IMG/VR virus record: IMGVR_UViG_3300008952_002784
Coordinates: 1 to 64,000 of that record
Length of the DNA stretch: 64,000 bases
Direction: 5' to 3' (one strand)
From: a virus
In this document: positions 46,094 through 56,038 of the stretch, one piece after another
Position numbering within the stretch: the first letter of the stretch is position 1
Layout: the number at the start of each line of letters is the position of its first letter
Position numbers and translations under genes: made by a program
Notes under the pieces: model-generated
The model's input: the letters and a program-made list of their open reading frames with translations, nothing else
The model's database searches: none
Told to the model about the DNA's origin: nothing

Positions 46094-47071
46094 ATGAAAA
46101 AAAAGAGAGCACTAATCACCGGAATTACAGGACAAGACGGAAGTTACCTTTCAGAATATTTAATATCACAAGGCTATGATGTTTTTGGAATGGTGAGACG
46201 CCAGTCTGTTGCAGAAAATCAGAATACTAGAATCTACAATCTACAGCAAAGTAGTGACATTACAACATATTACGGCGATATGCTCGATGCGCCATCACTT
46301 ATAAGGATAGTGTCAGAGGTCAAACCAGATGAAATATATAATTTAGCTGCTATGAGTCACGTTAGAATTAGCTTTGATGTACCATCTTTTACGATCAAGA
46401 CTAACGGAATTGGCGTTTTGAATTTGCTAGAAGCATATAGGTTGTTTGCCCCAGAAGCTAAATTTTATCAAGCTAGCTCGTCTGAAATGTTTGGAAACTC
46501 AGTTGATGATGACGGGTGTCAAAGACTTACAACCCCTATGAATCCAGTAAGTCCTTACGGTTGTGCTAAGGTTATGGGCTACAATTTAGTTAGACACTAT
46601 AGACATGCATACGGACTTCATGCTTGTAATGGGATTCTTTTTAATCATGAGTCGCCACGAAGAGGATCAAATTTTGTCACAAATAAGGTTGTCAAGACTG
46701 CAGTACAAATTCATAAAGGCTTACGTGACAATTTAGAACTGGGAAATATGGATTCAAGTAGAGATTGGGGGCATTCAAAAGACTATGTAAGAGCTATGCA
46801 CATGATAACAAATCATGATAAGGCATCTGACTTTATTGTAGCAACCGGAAAGACTCACACGGTTAGAGACTTGTGTGAATATGTATTTACTAAGCTGGAT
46901 ATGGACTATAGAGAGTACGTAACTCAGAACCCTAAGTATATGAGGCCGGAAGAGTTGAAGTACCTCAGAGGTGATTCTCAGCTTACTAGAGATACTCTGG
47001 GTTGGGTACCAGACTACACATTTGAGTCAATGCTTGATGAGATGATATCATCATGGATGGAAAAACTTTGA
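46094..47071 (+). CDS. gmd: GDP-mannose 4,6-dehydratase
   Basis: ITGITGQDGSYL, NLAAMSHV, YQASSSEMFG, SPYGCAK, NHESPRRG and RDWGH. Confidence 0.96.
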   Translation: MKKKRALITGITGQDGSYLSEYLISQGYDVFGMVRRQSVAENQNTRIYNLQQSSDITTYYGDMLDAPSLIRIVSEVKPDEIYNLAAMSHVRISFDVPSFTIKTNGIGVLNLLEAYRLFAPEAKFYQASSSEMFGNSVDDDGCQRLTTPMNPVSPYGCAKVMGYNLVRHYRHAYGLHACNGILFNHESPRRGSNFVTNKVVKTAVQIHKGLRDNLELGNMDSSRDWGHSKDYVRAMHMITNHDKASDFIVATGKTHTVRDLCEYVFTKLDMDYREYVTQNPKYMRPEELKYLRGDSQLTRDTLGWVPDYTFESMLDEMISSWMEKL

Positions 47072-47973
47072 TAACATTTATTGGTATGAAAGCTAGATCC
47101 TCTGGTCAAGTCAGAGGAATTCAAATGTGTGCACCGGTAGGAGGCAATTTTTATGACACTGATACAAGATCATTTGTAGGTCAATCCGGATTTCATAAGA
47201 CAATTGTGTTTGTAAGAAGCTTTGAACCAGGACTAGCTCACCAGCTTAGACAGCGAGGACATATCATTGGGTTTGATATAATTGATCAGCCGGTCGCAAT
47301 ATTACACAAACTACAAAAGAAGAATCCCGAAGCAGACGAAATCGATTGGTCAACTCTGTCGCATGGTCTTATTGATTTTTACATAGTCAATAACACAAAA
47401 TCTAAGGATAGACTAGCAGATCACATCACATCGTCGCAGAAAGTATACGTTATTCCACACCATGCTGCAACATATAATTTAGTCACACGAGATGACAGAG
47501 TACCGGCGACAGTTGGTTATGTAGGTCTACCAGATCAGATAGATTGCTTAGACAAAATTAGAATTCATGTTGAAAGCTTGGGATTATCTCTATTTACAGG
47601 CCATCCATCATCTAGAGAAGAATGCTGCGAAATGTTAGAAGGAATTGATATAGGTATAATATTTCTAGAGAGGAACAAAAGAACAACATACGTTTTAGAT
47701 TATAAACCAAACCAAAAGCTTTCGAATTTTCAATGCTTTGGTATTCCCACAATAGCGTGCAATTATAATAGCTTTCATGAATTTGGTGATAACGCGTTTA
47801 TATCTGTAGAATCTATAGACGATGTTATGAGTTCTCTGACTCAACTATGCTCATCTACAGATATGAGAGTTGACTTACGTAAAAAAGGGTACAAAGCTGG
47901 AGAGAATCTTCTTATATCTGCTGTCTCTTCTAAATACAAGGATATGATAAATGAAGTCCAAACAAAACAATAG
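47053..47973 (+). CDS. Glycosyltransferase-like protein (GT-B)
   Basis: SGQVRG, DIGII and YKPNQKLSNFQCFGIPTI. Confidence 0.6.
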   Translation: MDGKTLITFIGMKARSSGQVRGIQMCAPVGGNFYDTDTRSFVGQSGFHKTIVFVRSFEPGLAHQLRQRGHIIGFDIIDQPVAILHKLQKKNPEADEIDWSTLSHGLIDFYIVNNTKSKDRLADHITSSQKVYVIPHHAATYNLVTRDDRVPATVGYVGLPDQIDCLDKIRIHVESLGLSLFTGHPSSREECCEMLEGIDIGIIFLERNKRTTYVLDYKPNQKLSNFQCFGIPTIACNYNSFHEFGDNAFISVESIDDVMSSLTQLCSSTDMRVDLRKKGYKAGENLLISAVSSKYKDMINEVQTKQ

Positions 47974-48799
47974 ACTTTTAGTCGGTTATCTATCTTTTAT
48001 CAATGAAGATAACAGCAAAAGAAGGCAGTCTGTTTTTGACAGTACATTTCCGACATTAGAAAATCTAAGATCTCAACCTTGTGACATTCTAAGTGTTGAT
48101 AATAATTCTTTGAATGAAGTAACAAACAAAATAAAAGAATCAGGGCTTTTTCGATATTATCTTCACTTTGACAAGAATTACTATGACACTGCAGTCATAT
48201 ATTGTTCTGCAAAGCTAGCACAAGACAAGGGTTATCCGTATGTCATGTACATGTATGATGATTTTCATGTATACGATAATGATTTTGTAAAAGATTGTTT
48301 AGATTTTATGGATATGAATACTAACATACACTGTCTCAGAGTACCATCATATGACTATTGTGCCTCTGAAAAATTTGATCCGACCTACACACCCAAAAGT
48401 GTAAACCCGGATTCTGTAAGACACTATAATACTGTGACTAACGAAAAATTGAAATGGTCAGATCCCATACATGTAGGATCAAAGACATTCTATTATAACA
48501 ATTGGCATTATACATCTCGTCCAACTATATGGAGAACTGATACGCTCATGACCTTGTTCAATGGTGTCAATGAAATTCCTATTCTCAACATGTTTGAGAG
48601 ACATGCAACACATACACTGACTAGATTGCCGCTAGTAACTGGTGTTCTAGATAAGGGTGTCATGCACACTGTAATGCAAAGTGAAAGAATACGCCTCGTG
48701 GAAAAAGATAGAATCGATCTCAAAATAAGAGTAAATAAAATAGAAATTCAGCACGAATATGAACAAAAGATCAGAGACATACAAGGGAACACAGAATGA
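47951..48799 (+). CDS. Putative GT2-like glycosyltransferase
   Basis: SVDNNS, YMYDDF and PTIWR. Confidence 0.55.
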   Translation: MKSKQNNRLLVGYLSFINEDNSKRRQSVFDSTFPTLENLRSQPCDILSVDNNSLNEVTNKIKESGLFRYYLHFDKNYYDTAVIYCSAKLAQDKGYPYVMYMYDDFHVYDNDFVKDCLDFMDMNTNIHCLRVPSYDYCASEKFDPTYTPKSVNPDSVRHYNTVTNEKLKWSDPIHVGSKTFYYNNWHYTSRPTIWRTDTLMTLFNGVNEIPILNMFERHATHTLTRLPLVTGVLDKGVMHTVMQSERIRLVEKDRIDLKIRVNKIEIQHEYEQKIRDIQGNTE

Positions 48800-49518
48800 A
48801 AGGAATAATCCTTGCAGGTGGAACCGGATCAAGGCTTTCACCTTTGACAAAAGTGACAAATAAACACTTATTACCTGTTGGTCAAAAACCAATGATAATT
48901 CACAGCGTAGATAAGCTAGTATCTGCGGGAGTCACTGACATTATGGTTATCACAGGCACAGAGCATATGGGTGACATGATAACACTTTTGGGAAGTGGTA
49001 GAGATTATAAATGTAGCTTCACATTTAGAGTACAAGATAAGCCTGACGGAATAGCGGGAGCTTTACTGCTTTGCGAAAATTTCTCAAACAACGACAATAT
49101 TGTTGTAATATTGGGTGACAACATATTTGAAGATAATTTGCTTGACATTATAACTCAATTTGACTCACGTGACAACAGTGTAAGTACATGTCTTCTTTGT
49201 CTCAAAGAAGTTGATGATCCGACTAGATTTGGTGTACCTGAAATCTTTGAGAATAAAGTAATTCGAATCGTAGAAAAACCCGTAAAACCCCCAAGCAATT
49301 ATTGTGTAACTGGAATATACATTTATGATAATAATGTCTTTGATTATATTAGAGATTTGCAAAAATCAGAAAGGGGTGAGTACGAAATAACTGACGTCAA
49401 TAATGTGTATATTTCATCTGGTGAAGCACTATCTTATTCTCTCACTGGCCAGTGGACTGATGCAGGAACTCATGAATCATATTATTGCGCTAACAAACTA
49501 ATGAGTGAACTACAATGA
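48796..49518 (+). CDS. rfbA: Glucose-1-phosphate thymidylyltransferase (RmlA/SpsI type)
   Basis: GIILAGGTGSRL, NKHLLPV, LGDNIF, EKP, RGEYEITD and WTDAGT. Confidence 0.92.
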   Translation: MKGIILAGGTGSRLSPLTKVTNKHLLPVGQKPMIIHSVDKLVSAGVTDIMVITGTEHMGDMITLLGSGRDYKCSFTFRVQDKPDGIAGALLLCENFSNNDNIVVILGDNIFEDNLLDIITQFDSRDNSVSTCLLCLKEVDDPTRFGVPEIFENKVIRIVEKPVKPPSNYCVTGIYIYDNNVFDYIRDLQKSERGEYEITDVNNVYISSGEALSYSLTGQWTDAGTHESYYCANKLMSELQ

Positions 49519-50330
49519 ATCGACTAGTATTCGGAACAGGAAAAGTAGCAAGTCAATTAAGAAGATCTGACACAACTCTAATATCACACAAAGAGTGTGA
49601 TATCACAGATAGATCTTCAGTTGAAAAATATATTGTTGATATCATGCCAGATATTGTTATAAACTGTGCTGCAAAAACCAATTTAGAATACTGTCAGGAA
49701 AATAGATTTGAAGCATACAATGTTAATACTGTAGGACCACTAAATATTCTCAGTATATGCGCAAAATTAGGAATCAAATACGTTCATATTAGCAGCGGTT
49801 GCTTATTTGATGGCAATGATACAGAGTCATATGAAGACAGTATCCCAACACCCAAGGTGTGGTATACATGGACTAAGAAATGGGCTGATGAACAAATAAC
49901 AGAGTTTGGGTATGAAAATTATCTAATACTTCGCCCTAGACAATTAATATCTGCTGTATCATATCCATCAAATCTGATTACAAAGTTTATTTCCATGGAT
50001 TACATACCTGCAATTGATGAGATAAACTCAATCACATGCATAGAAGATTTTATTGACATGATGAATCACTTGATAGTCAATGACTGTACAGGAATATACA
50101 ATACAGCAAATTCTGGTCATATAACACCATATGATATTGCAATAATGATAAAGCAAAAAATCAAACCAGATCTTGAAGTAATAAAAACTGACTATGAAGA
50201 GCTCCTTGAGATATTACCAAATCGTAGAGTAAATACTCTCCTGAACATTGATAAGTTGCTAGCCACGGGTTACAAAGGAAGATCAGCAATTGAAGCATTG
50301 AATTGGTGTCTAGACAAATATGAAGACTAA
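49515..50330 (+). CDS. dTDP-4-dehydrorhamnose reductase-like SDR
   Basis: CDITD, PDIVINCAAKT, VHISSG and YTWTK. Confidence 0.78.
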   Translation: MNRLVFGTGKVASQLRRSDTTLISHKECDITDRSSVEKYIVDIMPDIVINCAAKTNLEYCQENRFEAYNVNTVGPLNILSICAKLGIKYVHISSGCLFDGNDTESYEDSIPTPKVWYTWTKKWADEQITEFGYENYLILRPRQLISAVSYPSNLITKFISMDYIPAIDEINSITCIEDFIDMMNHLIVNDCTGIYNTANSGHITPYDIAIMIKQKIKPDLEVIKTDYEELLEILPNRRVNTLLNIDKLLATGYKGRSAIEALNWCLDKYED

Positions 50331-51147
50331 AACATCAGTATTTGGTGGGACAGGTTTTATAGGATCAAACTATGTAAATCTAAAACCAGACGAGTGTATT
50401 GTGATCCCAAGAGAATCCAGAAAGCCAATGTCTGATTCAATTCTCTACTTCATAAGTACAACACATAACTACCATGTGCTTGATGATGTTCATAAAGATG
50501 TCTCTACCAATTTGAGTGTCTTATTAGAAGTTCTAGAACAGTGCAAAGACAGAGACGTTGTATTTAATTTCATCAGCTCATGGTTTGTTTACGGTGATAC
50601 GACTTTGCCGGCATTAGAAACTAGCTGCTGTAAACCCAAGGGATTCTACTCTATCACAAAATTATGTGCTGAGCAGCTAATAGAATCTTTTTGTAAAACG
50701 TACAATATACATTATAGAATTCTACGTTTGTGCAATGTTTACGGCACAGGAGATATTCTTGCTTCTAAAAAGAAAAATGCTTTGCAGTATCTAATAGATC
50801 AGATAAAGTGTGACAAACCCATCGACTTATATCACGGGGGAGACTTTATAAGAGATTATCTTCATGTAACAGATGTTTGTCAAGCAATTGATTTAATTCT
50901 AAAAGAAGGCGACTTGGATCAGATTTATAATGTTGGCAGCGGAATTCCGCACAGGTTTCGTGATATGATTGATGAAGCAATTAATACTGTAAATTCAAAA
51001 ACAGTCATTACTGATGTCTCCCCACCAGATTTTCACAATATAGTTCAGGTAAAAGACATGTTTTTAGATACACAGAAATTAATCAATTTGGGATTTGAAC
51101 CAAAGATATCAATTAATGAAGGAATAAGTTTGTTATGTCAACCTTGA
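50320..51147 (+). CDS. NAD-dependent epimerase/reductase (extended SDR)
   Basis: GGTGFIG, YSITK, RLCNVYG and RDYLHVTD. Confidence 0.88.
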   Translation: MKTKTSVFGGTGFIGSNYVNLKPDECIVIPRESRKPMSDSILYFISTTHNYHVLDDVHKDVSTNLSVLLEVLEQCKDRDVVFNFISSWFVYGDTTLPALETSCCKPKGFYSITKLCAEQLIESFCKTYNIHYRILRLCNVYGTGDILASKKKNALQYLIDQIKCDKPIDLYHGGDFIRDYLHVTDVCQAIDLILKEGDLDQIYNVGSGIPHRFRDMIDEAINTVNSKTVITDVSPPDFHNIVQVKDMFLDTQKLINLGFEPKISINEGISLLCQP

Positions 51148-52454
51148 ACGAAATGATAGTAGAATTTATAAAAAAGTGCGCAGAAGAGTATGACGGCATG
51201 CCTGACTATATCACTGGCCCGGAGAAGAAATCGCAGGGGAAATACCCACGTGTGTTATATTCTGGACCTGTGTGGGACGAAAAAGAAATAGCTGCGTCTA
51301 TTGAATCGTTAATGTCGGGAAAATGGGTTTCCGCAGGAGAAAAAGTTCGTCTATTTGAAAGAAAGTTTTCGGAAAAAATAGATGTCAAGCATTCATTGAT
51401 GGTAAATTCCGGAAGCTCAGCTAATTTAGTGATGATATCTGCCCTCAAAGAGTGCATGGGGTGGAACGATGGCGACGAAATAATATTATCAGTAGTAGGA
51501 TTTCCTACATCACTAAATCCGATTATCCAGTGTGGCCTCAAGCCTGTTTTTGTTGATATCGACATGAACGATCTAAACTGGAATCTAGATGAAATTAAAA
51601 AGAAAATTACTGACAAGACAGTAGCAGTATTTTCATCACCCGTATTAGGTAATCCCTATGATTTAGACGCCCTGTCTGATCTTTGCAAAAAACACAATAT
51701 TGAAATGATAGGTGACAATTGCGATAGCTTGGGCACTACGTGGAAGGGTAAAGACTTTGCAAAATATTTTATTGCTAGTTCGTGTTCTTTTTATCCGGCA
51801 CATCATATGACTACTGGTGAGGGTGGAATGGTATCTTCTGATAGAGCAGATATTATAAGGTCAGCTAGAAGCTTCGCCTACTGGGGCCGCGATTGTTATT
51901 GCGTTGGATCAGCAAACTTACTTTCTGAGGGTACATGTGGAAAAAGATTTGACAAATGGCTCAAAGGATACTATAACGGAGTGATAGATCACAAGTACTA
52001 TTTCGTCAATATGGGTTACAATCTCAAGCCCTTAGATTTGCAGGGGTCAATAGGACTAGTCCAGATAGAAAAGCTTGATCGAATTCACAAAGCTAGAAGA
52101 AGTAACAAGACTAAAATTGAAAGTTACTTTCATGACATTATGGGTGTTAGAATTCCCCAAGAATTAGACAGTGCAGAGACTAGTTGGTTTGGTGTACCTG
52201 TCATTTGTGAATCAGGGGACTTGAAGCGACAGCTAGTTCAGCACTTGGAAACTAATGGCATTCAAACAAGAAATTATTTTGCGGGAAACATATTAGTACA
52301 TCCAGCATACAGAGGATTGGGAAACTTCAAAGACTATCCCAATGCAAATAAAGTATTAGATCAAGTATTTTTTGTAGGCTGTTCGCCGAATTACACGAGG
52401 GATACTTTGGAGTATATTAAAGAAGTTCTTAGTAGCTTTTCTAAAGAGGTGTGA
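51135..52454 (+). CDS. rfbH: RfbH/DdhC-type NDP-4-keto-6-deoxyhexose 3-dehydratase
   Basis: NSGSSANL, DNCDSLG, SFYPAHH (His in place of the PLP Lys), RDCYC...TCGKRF and DHKY. Confidence 0.88.
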   Translation: MSTLNEMIVEFIKKCAEEYDGMPDYITGPEKKSQGKYPRVLYSGPVWDEKEIAASIESLMSGKWVSAGEKVRLFERKFSEKIDVKHSLMVNSGSSANLVMISALKECMGWNDGDEIILSVVGFPTSLNPIIQCGLKPVFVDIDMNDLNWNLDEIKKKITDKTVAVFSSPVLGNPYDLDALSDLCKKHNIEMIGDNCDSLGTTWKGKDFAKYFIASSCSFYPAHHMTTGEGGMVSSDRADIIRSARSFAYWGRDCYCVGSANLLSEGTCGKRFDKWLKGYYNGVIDHKYYFVNMGYNLKPLDLQGSIGLVQIEKLDRIHKARRSNKTKIESYFHDIMGVRIPQELDSAETSWFGVPVICESGDLKRQLVQHLETNGIQTRNYFAGNILVHPAYRGLGNFKDYPNANKVLDQVFFVGCSPNYTRDTLEYIKEVLSSFSKEV

Positions 52455-53389
52455 GTTTGAATCAAGTAGTAGCAATTACAGGGTGTGCCGGTTTCATCGG
52501 CAGTCATGCAACAGATCTGTATTTACAGTCTGGTTACATGGTACACGGAATTGATAAATTCACATATGCAGCGAATGAAAAGAATTTAGCTGCTGCTTTG
52601 AATAACTCTAATTTTGTGCTAAGCAGAACAGATATTTGTAATCAAAGTACTCTAGAATCGATATTGACTACTACCCCGTGGATAATCAATTTTGCAGCAG
52701 AGACACATGTTGATAACTCAATAGATTCATCAGAAGCATTCATCAAATCAAACATAATGGGTGTTAAATCTATTCTAGAAGCATGTAGAAAAACAAACAC
52801 TAAATTGCTTCATGTGTCGACAGACGAAGTTTATGGATCGATACAATATGGGTCGCACCATGAAGTGTCTAGATTCAATCCAAAGAATCCATACTCTGCA
52901 ACAAAAGCAGCTGCAGAACACCTCATAAAATCATATTCAAATACACACGGTATTGAATATATCATAGTCAGACCGTCTAATAATTTTGGGCCAAGGCAGC
53001 ATTCAGAAAAGCTTCTACCCACAATTGTAAGATCGCTCAAATCTGGCAAAAAGATTCCATTATATGGTGACGGTACTAACGTTAGAGACTGGTTATATGT
53101 AGAAGACAATGTAGCTGCTATTCGCTATATAATGGAAAACTCTGATCTAAATCAGACGTACAACATAACTAGAAAAAAAGAAATTACAAATATTCAGATA
53201 TGTCGCCTTATATGTGATATTTTAGAAAAAGACTTTGATAGTAGCGTTGAGTTTGTTGATGATAGACTTGGCCATGATTTTAGATACTCAATTACTAATC
53301 AAAAACTAAAAGACTTGGGGTACACTTCAAATAGCGTGTTTGAAGATGTGCTAGCTAAAACAGTTAAGAAATTATGGAGAGACGCATGA
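52451..53389 (+). CDS. rfbB: dTDP-glucose 4,6-dehydratase
   Basis: GCAGFIG, FAAETHVDNSI, HVSTDEVYG, YSATKA and DRLGHDFRY. Confidence 0.93.
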   Translation: MSLNQVVAITGCAGFIGSHATDLYLQSGYMVHGIDKFTYAANEKNLAAALNNSNFVLSRTDICNQSTLESILTTTPWIINFAAETHVDNSIDSSEAFIKSNIMGVKSILEACRKTNTKLLHVSTDEVYGSIQYGSHHEVSRFNPKNPYSATKAAAEHLIKSYSNTHGIEYIIVRPSNNFGPRQHSEKLLPTIVRSLKSGKKIPLYGDGTNVRDWLYVEDNVAAIRYIMENSDLNQTYNITRKKEITNIQICRLICDILEKDFDSSVEFVDDRLGHDFRYSITNQKLKDLGYTSNSVFEDVLAKTVKKLWRDA

Positions 53390-54234
53390 TAGGAATAGTA
53401 GGGCAGGGATTTGTGGGGTCGGCTATTAGAGAGGGCCTCAAGGACTTTTACAATATATTGACTTATGATATCGATGAGTCTAAGTGCAATAGTACACACA
53501 AAGAAGTGTGCAGAAAATCTGAGATTATATTTGTGTGCATACCTACCCCGATGAGAAAGTCAGGGGAGTGTGACACTAGACTTTTAGAAAGTGTGATAGC
53601 AGGCATTGAAGCTGAATGTACCACCCTAGATCAAAGTCCCACGTTAGTTATAAAGTCGACAGTCCCACCTGGTACTACTAAGCGAATAAATAGCACTAGC
53701 AAACTAGATGTATGCTTTAGTCCTGAGTTCTTGACAGAGGCAAATTCATTCAATGACTTTATTAATCAAACAAGAATAATACTTGGTGGTAATCCTGACG
53801 TGAATTGCCGCGGTGCCAAGCGTGTCAAATCAATGTTTCGAAAACCGTTTCCAGAAATACCAATTATCATAACTAAGTCAGAGACTGCCGAAATGGTAAA
53901 GTATTTCATCAATTGCTTCTTAGCAACTAAAGTGACATTTGCAAATGAAATGTATCAATTATGTTCTGCATCTAGCTTAGACTATGATAAAGTCTGTGAG
54001 TACGCACTTTATGACACAAGAATTGGCCAGAGTCATGTTACAGTACCCGGTCCAGATGGTGACTTTGCTTTTGGGGGACATTGTTTACCAAAAGACTTAG
54101 CAGCAATGATACACTTTGGATCTAAAAACAATGTAGACACAAGTTTGCTATCCTCTGTACAGACAAAAAACAATGAGTTGAGATCAAATAGAGACTGGGA
54201 ATCTATGTCTGGGAGGGCGGTTAGCAATGACTAG
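53386..54234 (+). CDS. Short UDP-glucose/GDP-mannose dehydrogenase-family protein (no C-terminal domain)
   Basis: GQGFVG, KSTVPPG, SPEFL, AEMVKY...NE and FGGHCLPKD; start at the ATGA overlap at 53386. Confidence 0.85.
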   Translation: MIGIVGQGFVGSAIREGLKDFYNILTYDIDESKCNSTHKEVCRKSEIIFVCIPTPMRKSGECDTRLLESVIAGIEAECTTLDQSPTLVIKSTVPPGTTKRINSTSKLDVCFSPEFLTEANSFNDFINQTRIILGGNPDVNCRGAKRVKSMFRKPFPEIPIIITKSETAEMVKYFINCFLATKVTFANEMYQLCSASSLDYDKVCEYALYDTRIGQSHVTVPGPDGDFAFGGHCLPKDLAAMIHFGSKNNVDTSLLSSVQTKNNELRSNRDWESMSGRAVSND

Positions 54235-55093
54235 AGTATTAGTGACAGGAGGCTTGGGCTTTGTAGGGTCACATTTGGTTGAGCAGCTGTTGTATGATCC
54301 TGAAAATGAAATTACTGTAATAGATAATCTGTGCTCAGAATCAAGCAACATAAACAACAAGCGAGAGGGTGTTACATATTGGATTGATGATATACGCAAT
54401 CTCAATACATATCGATTTGAATCTAACTTTGATGTAATATATCATTTAGCTGCACTAGCTAGAATTCAACCAAGTTTTGAAGATCCTCTTAGATACTTCT
54501 CTATAGATGCAATGGGAACTGCAGAAGTTCTAGAATTTGCCAGAAGCTCAAATGCAAAAGTAATATATGCAGGATCTAGTTCTGCTTACGGTGGACCCAA
54601 ACTAAATCCGTATTCATTTGCAAAATATACAGGAGAGGAATTGTGCAAAATGTACTCAGAAGTCTATGGGCTGAGTACTGTCACAGCAAGATTTTTTAAT
54701 GTATACGGTGTTAGACAGCCAACTAGCGGCCCATACGCTACAATTGTAGGAATATTTGAAAATTTGACGAGAGCGGGTCAAAAATTGACAGTTACTGGCG
54801 ACGGAACTCAACGACGAGATTTTACACATGTCAAAGATATAGTTCGTGGGTTTACTTTGTTATCAGAAAAAGAATATTCAGGAGATGTATTCAATCTAGG
54901 CACGGGAACAAATTACTCTATAAATGAGTTGGCAGAAATGTTCGGCGGCAAAATAGAATATATACCGGCCCGCCCCGGGGAAGCAAAGAACACCCTGGCA
55001 GATATTTCCAACATCACAGCGAAGACAGGTTGGATGCCATTGTTACGACTAGAGAAGTATGTATCAACATGGCTGTCTGCAAATATTTTATAG
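54227..55093 (+). CDS. NAD-dependent epimerase (GalE/WbpP-like)
   Basis: TGGLGFVGSH, HLAA, YSFAK, RFFNVYG and GDGTQRRDFTHV. Confidence 0.9.
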   Translation: MTRVLVTGGLGFVGSHLVEQLLYDPENEITVIDNLCSESSNINNKREGVTYWIDDIRNLNTYRFESNFDVIYHLAALARIQPSFEDPLRYFSIDAMGTAEVLEFARSSNAKVIYAGSSSAYGGPKLNPYSFAKYTGEELCKMYSEVYGLSTVTARFFNVYGVRQPTSGPYATIVGIFENLTRAGQKLTVTGDGTQRRDFTHVKDIVRGFTLLSEKEYSGDVFNLGTGTNYSINELAEMFGGKIEYIPARPGEAKNTLADISNITAKTGWMPLLRLEKYVSTWLSANIL

Positions 55094-55102
55094 ATCTGCT
55101 GC

Positions 55103-55131
55103 TTGAACTAAGTTGTAATGCATGTTATAAT
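55103..55131 (+). promoter_or_regulatory. Promoter TTGAAC-N17-TATAAT with extended -10 TG
   Basis: Near-consensus sigma-70 promoter upstream of the nuclease gene. Confidence 0.72.
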
Positions 55132-55159
55132 TCATATGAACAATAAAAAAAGGCAGCAT

Positions 55160-55984
55160 ATGAAAGAACTACCCACCGGAAAGCCCCACGTTTCTTATAG
55201 TGAAGTGAGATGCTGGAAAGAATGTCCATGGCGTCACAAGTTAGTACATATTGATAAAATATCTATTTTTGAGCCATCACCCTATTTAGACTTTGGCACC
55301 AACGTTCATGAAGGTTGCGAAAGCTTCTTGAATACCGGCAACATTCCCAAAGAGGCACTTCTGAACAATATTAGAAATGCATGGGAAAAAAATGGATTTG
55401 ATGACCCCGACTGGGTTAAGAAGCAACCCGGGTGGTACAAATACTCTCCTGTTGAAGAGTGGTGTACATGGGCATCCAATATGTGGGATGACATTCCACG
55501 ATACTTAGATGAAACGTTTCCAGGGTGGGAGCGTGTCAGTGCAGAAGAAATGCTCTATGAGGAAATCCCTGGCAAAGATGCTCTATTCAAGGGCTACATC
55601 GATGTAATTATAAAAGTACCCAGAAAAAATGGCACATGGAAATACTGGATACTTGATTGGAAGACATCAAAAGCATACGGTTGGGATAGGAGAAAAAAGC
55701 AAGATTTTCTAACTCAAGCACAAATAATTCTCTATAAAGACTACTGGGCAACTAAAAATGATATTCCGCTCCGAGACGTGGGGTGTGGTTTCATACTTTT
55801 GAAAAGAGGCGGAAAACCTGGGAATATGTGTGATCTTGTACAAGTATCGTCAGGGCCAAAGTCTATAGAGAAGGCTCAAAAGATGGTGACTAGCATGATA
55901 AGCACCATCAGAAGAAGCTTTTTTATAAAAAATAGAGAATCATGCAGGTTTTGTGAATTTGCTAATACAGAACACTGCAAATAA
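55160..55984 (+). CDS. PD-(D/E)XK exonuclease, Cas4/RecB-like with Fe-S cysteines
   Basis: SYSEVRCWKECP, FGTNVH, GYIDV, ILDWKT and CRFCEF...C; start placed downstream of the promoter. Confidence 0.85.
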   Translation: MKELPTGKPHVSYSEVRCWKECPWRHKLVHIDKISIFEPSPYLDFGTNVHEGCESFLNTGNIPKEALLNNIRNAWEKNGFDDPDWVKKQPGWYKYSPVEEWCTWASNMWDDIPRYLDETFPGWERVSAEEMLYEEIPGKDALFKGYIDVIIKVPRKNGTWKYWILDWKTSKAYGWDRRKKQDFLTQAQIILYKDYWATKNDIPLRDVGCGFILLKRGGKPGNMCDLVQVSSGPKSIEKAQKMVTSMISTIRRSFFIKNRESCRFCEFANTEHCK

Positions 55985-55992
55985 TAACTATC

Positions 55993-56021
55993 TTTTACTG
56001 GTACCATGTTATGAATATGAT
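55993..56021 (+). promoter_or_regulatory. Putative promoter TTTTAC-N17-TATGAT
   Basis: Intergenic, upstream of the GT at 56039; recurring motif. Confidence 0.55.
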
Positions 56022-56038
56022 ACTATAGTGGGTGAAAT

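Noticed and set aside
55160-55984. CRISPR-associated cas4
   Set aside because: No cas1/cas2 or array nearby; solo Cas4-like exonucleases are common in phages
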